This document shows positions 20,508-29,845 of a stretch of 64,000 bases of DNA, one piece after another (position 1 is the first letter of the stretch; every line of letters starts with the position of its first letter). A program made the translations under genes and the position numbers. The stretch comes from an uncultured Rubripirellula sp. (GTDB lineage: Bacteria; Planctomycetota; Planctomycetia; Pirellulales; Pirellulaceae): positions 180,039-244,038 of the forward strand of contig CALJHC010000026.1 in assembly GCA_938075415.1 (NCBI GenBank). The letters are read 5' to 3'. The notes beneath the pieces are model-generated. The model made no database searches and was not told the origin of the DNA. It saw only the letters and a list, made by a program, of their open reading frames with translations.

Positions 20508-21050
20508 ATGCGAACCCTTTTGAGCGAGGCTGACCTGCGGGATGGCGTAGAACGTCTGGGTCGTGAGATCGACCGAGAATATGGCAGTCGTCCGCTGACA
20601 GTGATTGCGGTGATGACCGGCAGTCTTGTGCTTTTCGCCGATTTGATTCGACGACTTGGCATGCCCTTGCGTGTGGGGGTCACCCAAGCATCGAGTTATC
20701 ATGGTGGCACCACCTCGGGCGACTTAACGATCCGTACCGACATGATGATTGACGTTGTTGGTCGGGAGGTATTGTTAGTGGATGATATTTTTGACACCGG
20801 GAAAACACTTAGCAAAATGGTGCAGATTCTTCAAAAGTCGGGTGCCAAGGATGTCAAGACTGCGGTCCTGCTACATAAGAAAAGAGATCACGCGGTTGCC
20901 TTGCGACCTGATTTTGTTGCTTTTGAGATTCCGGACGAATTCGTTGTGGGATACGGTCTCGATTACATGGACTTGTATCGAAATCTTCCGTACGTAGCGG
21001 TTCTAAACGAGGAAGAAATAGAGGCCGCATCGAAACAGGCAGAATCGTGA
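20508..21050 (+). CDS. hpt: Hypoxanthine-guanine phosphoribosyltransferase
   Basis: 180 aa. PRPP-binding motif VLLVDDIFDTGKTL. Typical HPRT length and flanking conservation (GYGLDYMDLYRNLPYVAVL). Confidence 0.9.
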   Translation: MRTLLSEADLRDGVERLGREIDREYGSRPLTVIAVMTGSLVLFADLIRRLGMPLRVGVTQASSYHGGTTSGDLTIRTDMMIDVVGREVLLVDDIFDTGKTLSKMVQILQKSGAKDVKTAVLLHKKRDHAVALRPDFVAFEIPDEFVVGYGLDYMDLYRNLPYVAVLNEEEIEAASKQAES

Positions 21051-22309
21051 ATCATTCAACCAGCGTATTGATGATCGGTCGGCGTTTTTGGCCTCACGGC
21101 GCGTGGGATTCAGCTTGTGCCTTGTTGCATCAAGCGGTGGCATGGCGGCGACAAGGAATTAGAACGGAGGTGCTGACGCCAAAATATGCAGCGAGTTGGC
21201 CAGAAAAGATTATTGTTCGGGAAGTTCCGGTGCATCGCAGATGCATGGCGCCGCGTCGCGATTGGACAATGGGAAAATACATTCGTTCAATGACCGCATG
21301 GGTGACGGAAAACGGTGGGAAGTATGACCTAATTTACGTCGACTCCACTCGTGAGGAGCTTCTCTCAGTGATGGATGTGACGAAACAGTTCTCCATCCCG
21401 GTGGTGGCGAAGTTGCGCGGCGGCGATAACCGATCTGATTTTCAATGGTGGTCTTCTAGCCGAAATGGGAAGAAATGCTCGGCGGCAGCAAGTCGCGTCA
21501 ATGGCTTGGTGGTGCAGGACGCCATGACTGAGCGAGAACTTCTTATCCGTGGGATTGAGCGGCAAAAAATATTTCGAATTCCCAATGGTTTCTCTTCCAG
21601 CAATTCCTTGCGTGTTCAGGGTCGATTGGCCGCAAGGTCGGCGTTGGCAGCGGCTAACAGTGATCTGGCGACCGAACCGGATTCGCCTGTTCTTTTGTGC
21701 CAAACAAGCATGAATCAGGACAGCGGTGTCGATTTGTTGGTTCAAACGGCAAGGTTTCTTCTTCTGAAGTATCCCAACCTTCGGATTTGGCTCGTGGGTG
21801 ACGGACCTAACCGAGATTCGATCTACAAGTATTTAAGAGCAGATGGTTTACGTGCTTCGGTTGCGATGCCGGGGTCTTTCTGTGACCCATCCGACCTTTT
21901 TTTGGCTGCGGATCTTTACTTGCAAACGGATGACAACGGCTTGGATTACTTCCTTCCGACGGCGATTTCATCAAAGATTCCCGTCATCTGCGTTGATTTA
22001 CCTTCCATTCGTCGCCTACTTGATGGTTGCCTTGAAGGCCAGCAAGGAGCTAGTTCGCAGGCCCCTTCCTCGGCTAGCCCGGCGTTCAAAGACACGTTGA
22101 ATCGAGTTGGTGATGACATTGTTTGGTGCCAGGACGCGACTCCGAAAGCGGTCAAAGAAGCGATTGTAAGTGTCCTGCAAAACATGGACCAAGCGAGCGA
22201 AAGAGCCGAAAGATTAAGGGACGCACTGGTTCGAGTTCGATCAGAGGGACGGTGCACCGAGGCTTATGTCGAGATGATTAAGCGTCTGACGCGGGCACGC
22301 CAACGGTGA
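21047..22309 (+). CDS. Glycosyltransferase (GT4-like N-terminal domain; divergent)
   Basis: 420 aa. Start codon overlaps the hpt stop (ATGA at 21047-21050). N-terminal region resembles a Glyco_trans_4-type Rossmann domain. The C-terminal region is weakly GT-B-like. Family assignment tentative. Confidence 0.55.
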   Translation: MNHSTSVLMIGRRFWPHGAWDSACALLHQAVAWRRQGIRTEVLTPKYAASWPEKIIVREVPVHRRCMAPRRDWTMGKYIRSMTAWVTENGGKYDLIYVDSTREELLSVMDVTKQFSIPVVAKLRGGDNRSDFQWWSSSRNGKKCSAAASRVNGLVVQDAMTERELLIRGIERQKIFRIPNGFSSSNSLRVQGRLAARSALAAANSDLATEPDSPVLLCQTSMNQDSGVDLLVQTARFLLLKYPNLRIWLVGDGPNRDSIYKYLRADGLRASVAMPGSFCDPSDLFLAADLYLQTDDNGLDYFLPTAISSKIPVICVDLPSIRRLLDGCLEGQQGASSQAPSSASPAFKDTLNRVGDDIVWCQDATPKAVKEAIVSVLQNMDQASERAERLRDALVRVRSEGRCTEAYVEMIKRLTRARQR

Positions 22310-22353
22310 CTTGCATGATTCAAAAACAGTCCTAACGAGCAAAAGGCTGACTG

Positions 22354-23463
22354 ATGCAAACAAAGTTGGTTTACATCATTCCCACGATGGATTTAGGCGG
22401 CGCAGAAAAACAACTGTGTTTGCTCGCTGAAAATCTGCCACGTGATCGTTTTGATGTGCATGTGCTTTTGCTGACTCGAGATGGTCCTCGAAGCGAGGGA
22501 TTACGTCGTTCGGGCATTCCTGTCACGGTGATTGGCAAGCGTTTCAAAGCTGATGTTACCGCATTGAATCGTTTGCGTCGTGAACTGGTACGGATTCGAC
22601 CAGACATCGTCCACACGTGGTTATTCGCGGCCAATAGTTTTGGGCGTGTCGCCGCAAGACTGGCCAAGGTACCTCGGATTTTCGCCAGTGAACGTTGCGT
22701 GGATTTATGGAAAAGCCCCGCACATTTCTGGCTGGACCGGCGACTTGCCAGGTATTCCGAAGCGATCACCACCAACAGTGCGGGGGTCAAAAACTTCTAT
22801 GCGGATCATGGTTTACCAGCATCAAAGTTTTCAGTGATTCCGAATGCAATTGAGCCGCGACGAGCAACTGAGTCGTCTGGTGGCGCCTCGATTTCTCGCA
22901 ACGAAGCCTTTGATCGCTTGAAGGTTTCGCCCAGTCAAAAGTTGGTTCTCGCGGTGGGACGATTGTGGCCGCAAAAGCGCTACCGTGATCTGATTTGGGC
23001 TGCTGAGTTGTTGGCAACTTTGCGAGAGGATCTGACATTGGTGATTGTTGGGGATGGCCCTCAGCGTGCTGAACTCATGCGATTTCGCGATTCAGTGACC
23101 TCCATCGACCGAGTTAGGTTCGCTGGAAACCGCCAAGATGTTCAAAGCCTTCTGCCACATGCCAGCCAATTCTGGATTGGCAGTGAATACGAGGGACAAA
23201 GTAATTCGTTGATCGAAGCGATGCAGGTAGGGCTCCCGATTGTTGCCAGTGACATACCTGGCAATCGAGATTTGATTCGTGATCAGGAGACCGGACGGCT
23301 TTACCCAGTAGGCGACATGGCTGCCTTATCACGAGCATCGCAATGGATTTTCGAGAACAGAGACCAAGCGGAGAGACTTGGTTTGGCTGCCAAAGAAAAA
23401 ATAGACACTGATTTCACCATCGAATCGATGGTTCGCGATTACGTTGAGCTTTACGAAGGGTAG
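22354..23463 (+). CDS. Glycosyltransferase family 4 (GT-B, Glycos_transf_1)
   Basis: 369 aa. N-terminal IIPTMDLGGAEK. C-terminal EYEGQSNSLIEAMQVGLPIVASDIPGNRDLI (E-x7-E-type motif) typical of retaining GT4 enzymes. Confidence 0.8.
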   Translation: MQTKLVYIIPTMDLGGAEKQLCLLAENLPRDRFDVHVLLLTRDGPRSEGLRRSGIPVTVIGKRFKADVTALNRLRRELVRIRPDIVHTWLFAANSFGRVAARLAKVPRIFASERCVDLWKSPAHFWLDRRLARYSEAITTNSAGVKNFYADHGLPASKFSVIPNAIEPRRATESSGGASISRNEAFDRLKVSPSQKLVLAVGRLWPQKRYRDLIWAAELLATLREDLTLVIVGDGPQRAELMRFRDSVTSIDRVRFAGNRQDVQSLLPHASQFWIGSEYEGQSNSLIEAMQVGLPIVASDIPGNRDLIRDQETGRLYPVGDMAALSRASQWIFENRDQAERLGLAAKEKIDTDFTIESMVRDYVELYEG

Positions 23464-23475
23464 CTCAGCGTCAAC

Positions 23476-23502
23476 GGCCGCAGAGCGGCCTTATTTCTTC
23501 TT
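23476..23502 (+). terminator. Rho-independent terminator after the GT4 gene
   Basis: GGCCGC-aga-GCGGCC hairpin immediately followed by ttatttcttctt, 13 bp after the stop codon. Confidence 0.7.
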
Positions 23503-24122
23503 GCCTGATGGCTCTGACTCCACTGGCAATTTCAGAAAAATCGCCGGTTGTTTGCTCGGGCAGATTGGCATCGTTCCGGTTGTTCTTTGCAGGAAATGCC
23601 CGCAAATTGCGACATGAATGTGGTTTACCCGACAGAGAAACCTTGGCTGTGAACGCGGCATGAGTTGACCGAACCGCCAAGTCAGAGAAAAGAAGGCCAT
23701 GGCGAAAGTTAAATTCGCTAATTTGAGGAAAGCTGCGGATCGGTAAGCAAAAGCGATTCCCTCGAAAAACGGCGTTCTAGCCGTGATTTCCACGTCAAAC
23801 GCTTATCTTGGTCTCCCAAAAACCTCTGGTTTTCTCGCAGGTTTGGCTAAAGACCATCGACAAGTCAACAGATAGGTCATTTTCGGCCGCAAAGCGGGCC
23901 GTGTGAGGAATGATTTTAGGCAATTCTTGGTAAGCCGTTCCGTTTGTAACGATCAGGGCAGGATGGGTCAGAGGATTCTAAGCAGTTTCCCTCAATTTCA
24001 CTCAAAAGAAAGTTGAGAGCGTAATTCCGATAGATAACATCGAGCCTGCGTTGGTGATCCGAGCATTATTTAATTTATGGATCACCCATTATTTGCCTTA
24101 TTTGATCTGAGAACAAGCGAAC

Positions 24123-24680
24123 ATGGACACGAGCGAAAAACGCCGGTATTCAGCAGACGAAGTTGACTTGCTTCTTACCAACGCACAACTTCGAGATGAG
24201 CTGGAGCCATATCGCGACGAATCAATTGAGAGTGATTCGGTTTCCCAGATGCCATTGCGAATGGAGAACGAGTATTTGGAATCCATGCTCGCTTGGGAAC
24301 GCGCTCCAGCGCTTCCGATTTCAAATTGGTTTAGCCCCAGTTTGAAGTTGCCTGCTCCTGAGACACTGACGGATTCAGAGGTCTCCGATCTGTTGACGAA
24401 AACCATCGTGCAGCTGCATTCGCAGCGTGTCGTGCTTCGCTACACCGATCATCTATCTGATCGAGATCTCTACAAAGTTGTCTACCGTGACATTCTTCCT
24501 TGCTGTGAGAAGAAGGTTGAGATTGAAGGTAAGAATTTGGAGTGGCGTTGTATCGAGGACAGTGACACTTGGCTTCGTTATTATGCGACGGCAGTTGACC
24601 GAAGGCGTTTCCAAGAGGAACACGGTGTGGAACTTCCTCCCGCTGAGACACCCGCCCACACCAGAAACTTGCCTGCCTAG
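24123..24680 (+). CDS. Hypothetical protein (185 aa, acidic N-terminus)
   Basis: ORF with protein-like composition and no overlap with other genes. No motif recognised. Confidence 0.45.
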   Translation: MDTSEKRRYSADEVDLLLTNAQLRDELEPYRDESIESDSVSQMPLRMENEYLESMLAWERAPALPISNWFSPSLKLPAPETLTDSEVSDLLTKTIVQLHSQRVVLRYTDHLSDRDLYKVVYRDILPCCEKKVEIEGKNLEWRCIEDSDTWLRYYATAVDRRRFQEEHGVELPPAETPAHTRNLPA

Positions 24681-24931
24681 TTCAGGATGCTTTCATTCAG
24701 GCGACCGCGGGATAATCAACTCCCTGCGTTCGGATTCTTGGTGAAGATCGACTGACTGAATCCGGCAACGCTAGTCCACTGGACTCAGGCCGTGATCGAA
24801 GCCGTTTTGAGGAGAGCCATTTCAACCAGTCCGTTGGGTCACCGGTCTCGTTAAGGGGTTGCCAAGAATAAAAAACGCCAGTGATTGTTAATCACCAGCG
24901 TGCTGATTTTATCTTTTACCGCTGCGAATGC

Positions 24932-26641
24932 TTACCAGCGAAGCCCAAATTGGGACCCACCAGCATCACGGTTGTTACCGCCACGAAGTGGACCATCGTG
25001 TTGTGCTTTGACAGCTACCTCCCGAGGCGGTTCCTCGACTTCCTCTTCCTTGGCTTTGGCTTCCAAAGCAGCGCTCGCATTCTGCTGTGCTGCTTTGATC
25101 GACAAGGCAATCTTCTGGCTGTCACGATCGAAGCTGAGTATTTTTACTTCAACTTCGTTGCCCTCTTGCACGAATGCATCAACCTTGGAGACACGATGAT
25201 GGGCCAATTCGCTGACGTGCACCAAGCCTTCCACTCCTGCGGTCAATCTGACGAAGCAGCCAAAGGTAGCTGTGCGGGTTACGGTTCCACGATGAAGACT
25301 GCCAACCGAGAATTCCGCCTCTGCCGTATTCCATGGATTTTCAAGCAGGTCACGATAAGACAGTGAGATTTTTCCGGTGGCGTCATCGATCTTATCAATC
25401 TTGACGCTGACCTTCTGACCTTCCTCCAGGACATCGCTTGGATGCTTGACCCGATCCCAGCTCAGCTTGCTGATGTGGATCAGTCCGTCGAGTCCGCCGA
25501 GATCGACGAAGGCACCAAAGTCCTTGATGGTGCGAACGGTGCCTTCCATCTCATCGCCGATCTGCATTTTAGCGAGTTGCTCTTGCTTCTTCTCTTCTCG
25601 ATCTCGCTCGAGCACCGCTCGATGACTAAGAACGAGGTTGCCACGCCTGGCGTTGGCCTCGGTGACAACGCAAAGAAGTTTTTTGTCAACAAATTCACTC
25701 GTGTCCTCGACACGATATTCGCTGATTTGGCTAATTGGAATGAATCCTTTGACCCCGGCGACTTTGCATTCCAGCCCGCCGTTGTTGGTGCCGGTAACGG
25801 TTGCCTCGATCACGGTGCCTTCATCGAGGTCTTCCCAGTCATTTGCCTCAATGGTTCCGCCCGGCAGGCTAAGAGAGAAAAGACCGTCTTCACGGTTCAA
25901 ACCTCGGATCACCACCTCGACTGAGGCGCCAACAGTGGGCTCCTCTTTGAATTGGTCAAAAGGAACCACGCCCTCATCTGGGCCACCAAGTGAGACGAAT
26001 ACATCATCAGCGTGAATCTTCAGCACGATGCCTTGCGTTCTTGATCCATCTTCGTACGGGTTTTTTCTAACCCCTTCCGCTGCGGGACCGGAAAGGATCC
26101 CGTCCACATCGTCATCACTCAGCAAAGCTTCAAACTCAGCTTGAATATCATCTGGCAATCCATGACGGAGGTTAGGCACCGCAATTTTGGAACGTCGAGG
26201 TTGTTTTTGGCCAACAGATCCACCGTCGCTGTTACCCCTGGAGTCGTTGGACTTTGATTCACCAGCCAAACGGGGACGTGGGGGTTTCTTCTTCTTGCCT
26301 TTTGCTCCTGCTTCACCCGAGACTGCACGCAACTTACTCATGTCGACGGCGGGTGAGGCGGGCTTGGTAATGCCTCGGGAGGCAAGGGGACCTGAACCTC
26401 TGGCAATCACCGTTGGTGTTGCTGGTGTGTCCGGTTTGTCAACGGAATCGTTTTCCGGGCTCGTTACCCGGTCCGTTGCGGTTGATTCCGCCGAATCAGC
26501 GGGATCGCTGACAGGTTTTTCACTTACGGCATCAAGTTTTACAGAGCCGGTATCTGGCTCCGTAATCTCTGATTTCGAGTTTTGGGAATCGGAAGAAGCG
26601 TTGTCTGCTGCCGGAGTGTCCGGCGTTTCGCCAATAGTCAT
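24932..26641 (-). CDS. rpsA: 30S ribosomal protein S1-like protein: about 200-aa disordered N-terminal extension followed by four S1 RNA-binding domains
   Basis: The C-terminal 400 aa contain repeated S1 (OB-fold) domains (GxV...G.FV.L...GL.H.S motifs: GTVRTIKDFGAFVDLGGLDGLIHIS, GTVTRTATFGCFVRLTAGVEGLVHVSEL, ATVTGTNNGGLECKVAGVKGFIPISQI). Start set at MTIGETPDTP (ATG complement at 26639-26641). The ORF track extends to 26815, which would overlap the divergent gene at 26794. Confidence 0.7.
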   Translation of the reverse strand: MTIGETPDTPAADNASSDSQNSKSEITEPDTGSVKLDAVSEKPVSDPADSAESTATDRVTSPENDSVDKPDTPATPTVIARGSGPLASRGITKPASPAVDMSKLRAVSGEAGAKGKKKKPPRPRLAGESKSNDSRGNSDGGSVGQKQPRRSKIAVPNLRHGLPDDIQAEFEALLSDDDVDGILSGPAAEGVRKNPYEDGSRTQGIVLKIHADDVFVSLGGPDEGVVPFDQFKEEPTVGASVEVVIRGLNREDGLFSLSLPGGTIEANDWEDLDEGTVIEATVTGTNNGGLECKVAGVKGFIPISQISEYRVEDTSEFVDKKLLCVVTEANARRGNLVLSHRAVLERDREEKKQEQLAKMQIGDEMEGTVRTIKDFGAFVDLGGLDGLIHISKLSWDRVKHPSDVLEEGQKVSVKIDKIDDATGKISLSYRDLLENPWNTAEAEFSVGSLHRGTVTRTATFGCFVRLTAGVEGLVHVSELAHHRVSKVDAFVQEGNEVEVKILSFDRDSQKIALSIKAAQQNASAALEAKAKEEEVEEPPREVAVKAQHDGPLRGGNNRDAGGSQFGLRW

Positions 26642-26793
26642 CGAGGTATATCGCGAGAACGGGATCGGATGGATGCTCGGTAATCCAGGAAAGCTAAGTC
26701 GGATACCGGCCAAATCGGTGTAGTAGTCTAGCAATCCCACTGCACGCTCGGTAGCCTTCAACCGCCGTATTCTCCGCAGCTCTTGGATCGGGA

Positions 26794-27315
26794 ATGATGC
26801 CACAATTTGAACCATTTGCAGACAATCTCGTCAATTTGCTTCCCCCAACGCTCTCCGAGGCGGTTCTTGCTGCCTCTTTGCCGGGGCTGAGAGAGGGGCC
26901 GCAAGACGACCGACTGATCCAATTATTGAATAAATCCAGTGATTTGAGCTGGGGTGGGCTTTCCGACGCCTCTGAGCGGTTACTGAGGAGTGCGCTTTGG
27001 CTTTTGGCGGGTGATTTGGATCGTAGCCACTCGATCAGCCAAGAAATTGAGACGTCCAACGGCAGTTTTTGGCACGGTATCATGCACCGACGCGAGGCAG
27101 ATTTCAGCAATGCCAAATATTGGTTCAGACGCGTTGGGCACCACCCCGTTTTTCAAATCATTTCGGATCAAAGTGGACGTGATTACGTCGATCCATTTGC
27201 ATTTGTTGATGCTTGTCAGCACGCCATTGAGAAAGAATGTGACGAATCCTTGGCCATTTGTGGGCGAATTCAATGGATTGAATGGCAAGCATTGACTCTG
27301 CATTGCGTTGAGTAA
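26794..27315 (+). CDS. Hypothetical protein (173 aa)
   Basis: ORF with protein-like composition (WHGIMHRREADFSNAKYWFRRVGHHP). Divergent from the S1-like gene. No motif recognised. Confidence 0.45.
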   Translation: MMPQFEPFADNLVNLLPPTLSEAVLAASLPGLREGPQDDRLIQLLNKSSDLSWGGLSDASERLLRSALWLLAGDLDRSHSISQEIETSNGSFWHGIMHRREADFSNAKYWFRRVGHHPVFQIISDQSGRDYVDPFAFVDACQHAIEKECDESLAICGRIQWIEWQALTLHCVE

Positions 27316-27571
27316 ATCAGATGCAATTCAGCAGTAATTCGTTCAAGCCTGCTGAAACCCCGGCTGGGAAATAGCGGGGCTTTCAGAAACCCCTCCGAAG
27401 GTGATTACTCTTTGATGCCCAGGTGCTTGGTAGTTGAAGACTTTGATCGGCGAACGTCTCTCGACTTTTGATGCTCGAACTTTCAAGTACTTGCAGGGTT
27501 GTCAATTGATCGCAAGCGACTCGTTTCGAATCACTGCCCTCGCTTCTGTGTTGATAGAGCGTTGACTCTGA

Positions 27572-29215
27572 TCATCCAAAAACTGAAAGATTTGGCGTTT
27601 GATTCTTTCCTGCTTGCGGCGCTGCCTTGCGAGCTTTCCAGTTTTGCTCGACGCATTGCCGAAGTCGCTTCAAGTCACTTCGTTGTTGTCGTGCTGTTTG
27701 AAGTTGCTCGTTTGTGAACACGACGATCGTATCCTGATCACTCGCTTCTTGAAGAATCCAGTCCAATGCCCGGTTTCGGTCGGCAACAAGTCGAAATGCG
27801 GCGCACTTCTTGACTCCATCGAGTACTTCGTGTGACCTTGAGAGAAAGCTTGGCTTGCTCGCGGGTGTTGCCGAAACAATCGCCCTGTCGGCAAAACGTT
27901 CCATCACACTGCCGCACTCTGAAAGATCGTTTTCCGTGAGATGAGGTGCGATGGCGAAGAGACACCAGATTTTACCTTGGCTTTTCATTGAACGATGCGT
28001 CCTTAACGCTTGAGTCAATCGATCAATTGATCCACCCGTTTCTAGAACCACTGTGGGTTGTTCCATGGAGGTCAGACGCTGACCACGTCCCGGAACGACG
28101 GGAAGTTGCCCAAGTCGCTCAACAATATCAGGCAATGATTGGTCAAGCAGAAGTCCAACAACCGTTGCGGCGGCATGGTTCGCCGCCATTGCACCGCCGC
28201 ATAGTGGTGTTTCCATTGCTGCGGTGGAGTCGCGATGGGAAACGATTAGCGTACTTAATCCATCTGATTGTTCGATGATTTTTGCGGTGACATCAGCGGC
28301 TTTCCGGACCCCATACGTTACGATCCGTGAGCCGGTTTCCCGAATCGCACGAATCGCATGGCGATCGTCGATTGGTGCGACGACAACACCAGCAGGTGCG
28401 AGCCTTTCAAGAACGCATTGGATTCCCGAAGGACCAAAATCCTCAGGCTTGGTCGAAGATCCTGTGACGACCACCATGTCAAATTCCACGGCATCATACC
28501 GTCCATGGCGAGAGAGCTCTTCAGAGACCTCGATCACACTTGCTTTGCACTGGTTGTCGACCGCCTCGCCGAGCCAATCGATTAGCAAGGCGCCAGTGGG
28601 AATGCCTTGGTCGGGTGTTGATTGAACGATTCCATCGCTGTCTCCCAAGTCGCTCCAGTATGCTGTGCGAATCCCTGAGGACCTCAGTAGGGATGCAATC
28701 AGAAGCGTTGAAGTGGTTTTGCCCGCAGAACCAATCACGGCGATGTTGAGAAGTTGACGATCAGGGCGATCCTGCATATGTGACGCAACGGACGCCATTG
28801 CAATTTCAACGTCACCCACGATGCATTGCGGTAACGGAGACGGTAACACCTGTTCCGTAAGAATCCCGGACGCACCGCGCGCCGCAGCATCGGAAACAAG
28901 ACGTGATGGACAATCTTGACCGATCCGGTAAACAACCAGTTGTCCGGGTTCAGCTGATTCAGCTGACTTTGCGATTGACCGAAACCGTATGTCGACTTCA
29001 GCAGGGAAGCGACTTGCAGGAAGGAGTTCTCGAAGTGAGTAGTCCTCGCCGCTACTGCTGTCCGATTCCGCTTGTGAGCCTTGGAATGTGCTGAAATTCG
29101 GTTCGGATTGGGATAGCAGTTGGTTTTTCTTAGCCTGATACTTGGCATCATCTTGCTCGGCCATGAGTGCCTCCCTGCACATCGCGTTCGCGTCAATTCC
29201 GTTGAGCGGTTCCAC
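27572..29215 (-). CDS. Mur ligase family protein, MurE-like (UDP-N-acetylmuramoyl-tripeptide ligase-like) with about 75-aa low-complexity N-terminal extension
   Basis: P-loop of Mur ligases NIAVIGSAGKTTSTLLIASLL. N-terminal domain topology (VVYRIGQD...ARGASGILTE). C-terminal DRNRALDWIL resembles the MurE/MurF DR..AI region. + strand ORFs inside are antisense artefacts. Confidence 0.6.
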   Translation of the reverse strand: MEPLNGIDANAMCREALMAEQDDAKYQAKKNQLLSQSEPNFSTFQGSQAESDSSSGEDYSLRELLPASRFPAEVDIRFRSIAKSAESAEPGQLVVYRIGQDCPSRLVSDAAARGASGILTEQVLPSPLPQCIVGDVEIAMASVASHMQDRPDRQLLNIAVIGSAGKTTSTLLIASLLRSSGIRTAYWSDLGDSDGIVQSTPDQGIPTGALLIDWLGEAVDNQCKASVIEVSEELSRHGRYDAVEFDMVVVTGSSTKPEDFGPSGIQCVLERLAPAGVVVAPIDDRHAIRAIRETGSRIVTYGVRKAADVTAKIIEQSDGLSTLIVSHRDSTAAMETPLCGGAMAANHAAATVVGLLLDQSLPDIVERLGQLPVVPGRGQRLTSMEQPTVVLETGGSIDRLTQALRTHRSMKSQGKIWCLFAIAPHLTENDLSECGSVMERFADRAIVSATPASKPSFLSRSHEVLDGVKKCAAFRLVADRNRALDWILQEASDQDTIVVFTNEQLQTARQQRSDLKRLRQCVEQNWKARKAAPQAGKNQTPNLSVFG

Positions 29216-29845
29216 CGCTCATTCCAGGGCAATCATTGCCTCGGATGATCAAGATTGTTCCTATCCTCAAAAAACGGTCAATAGGAATCGGTGCACGTCA
29301 GAGGCTACCCTTCTGGATCGATAGGGTGCCAATGAATCGTTTTGCATGCGGGTTTTGCCTGCCGGTTGTTCATGTACTTGGTCGTGTACTTGTCGGGGAA
29401 AAAATGTTTTTTTTCAGAGTTGTTTGTCAGACGTTTGGTCCGTGGGCCAGCACTCGGCACGACAGCACTCGGCACGACAGCAATGAGCTGATTGCATTGT
29501 GTCATCTGAAAACGCAACCACTCGATTCCTCTGGCGGTCGCTTATGCCAGCATTCTTTTCTTCGCTTCAACATTTTGGCCTTATAGCCGATGAATTGTTG
29601 ATCGCGACAGGGTTTGCCCAATGCATGAGAGTTTCTATCTCAAAGCAGGAAACGCCTGATGAATCGCCGGTCAGGACTCTCGCTAATCAGGCGAGTCAGA
29701 GGGTCTGCAACCGAAGGTCGGATCGTGGGCGACGAGGAAAGCGTGTCAATTCTTGATTGAAATCGCAAGGAGGCGATGGATGTTCAAGTGGGGTAGTCGC
29801 TGGATCGGCTCTGCTTTCACGCATCACCACCATCCCGCATCAATG

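Noticed and set aside
27599-28749. + strand ORFs inside the Mur-ligase-like gene and 30189-30725 ORFs inside the UDG gene
   Set aside because: Antisense to motif-supported CDSs. Compositions are Arg/Trp/Cys-rich, typical of out-of-frame GC-rich reads.
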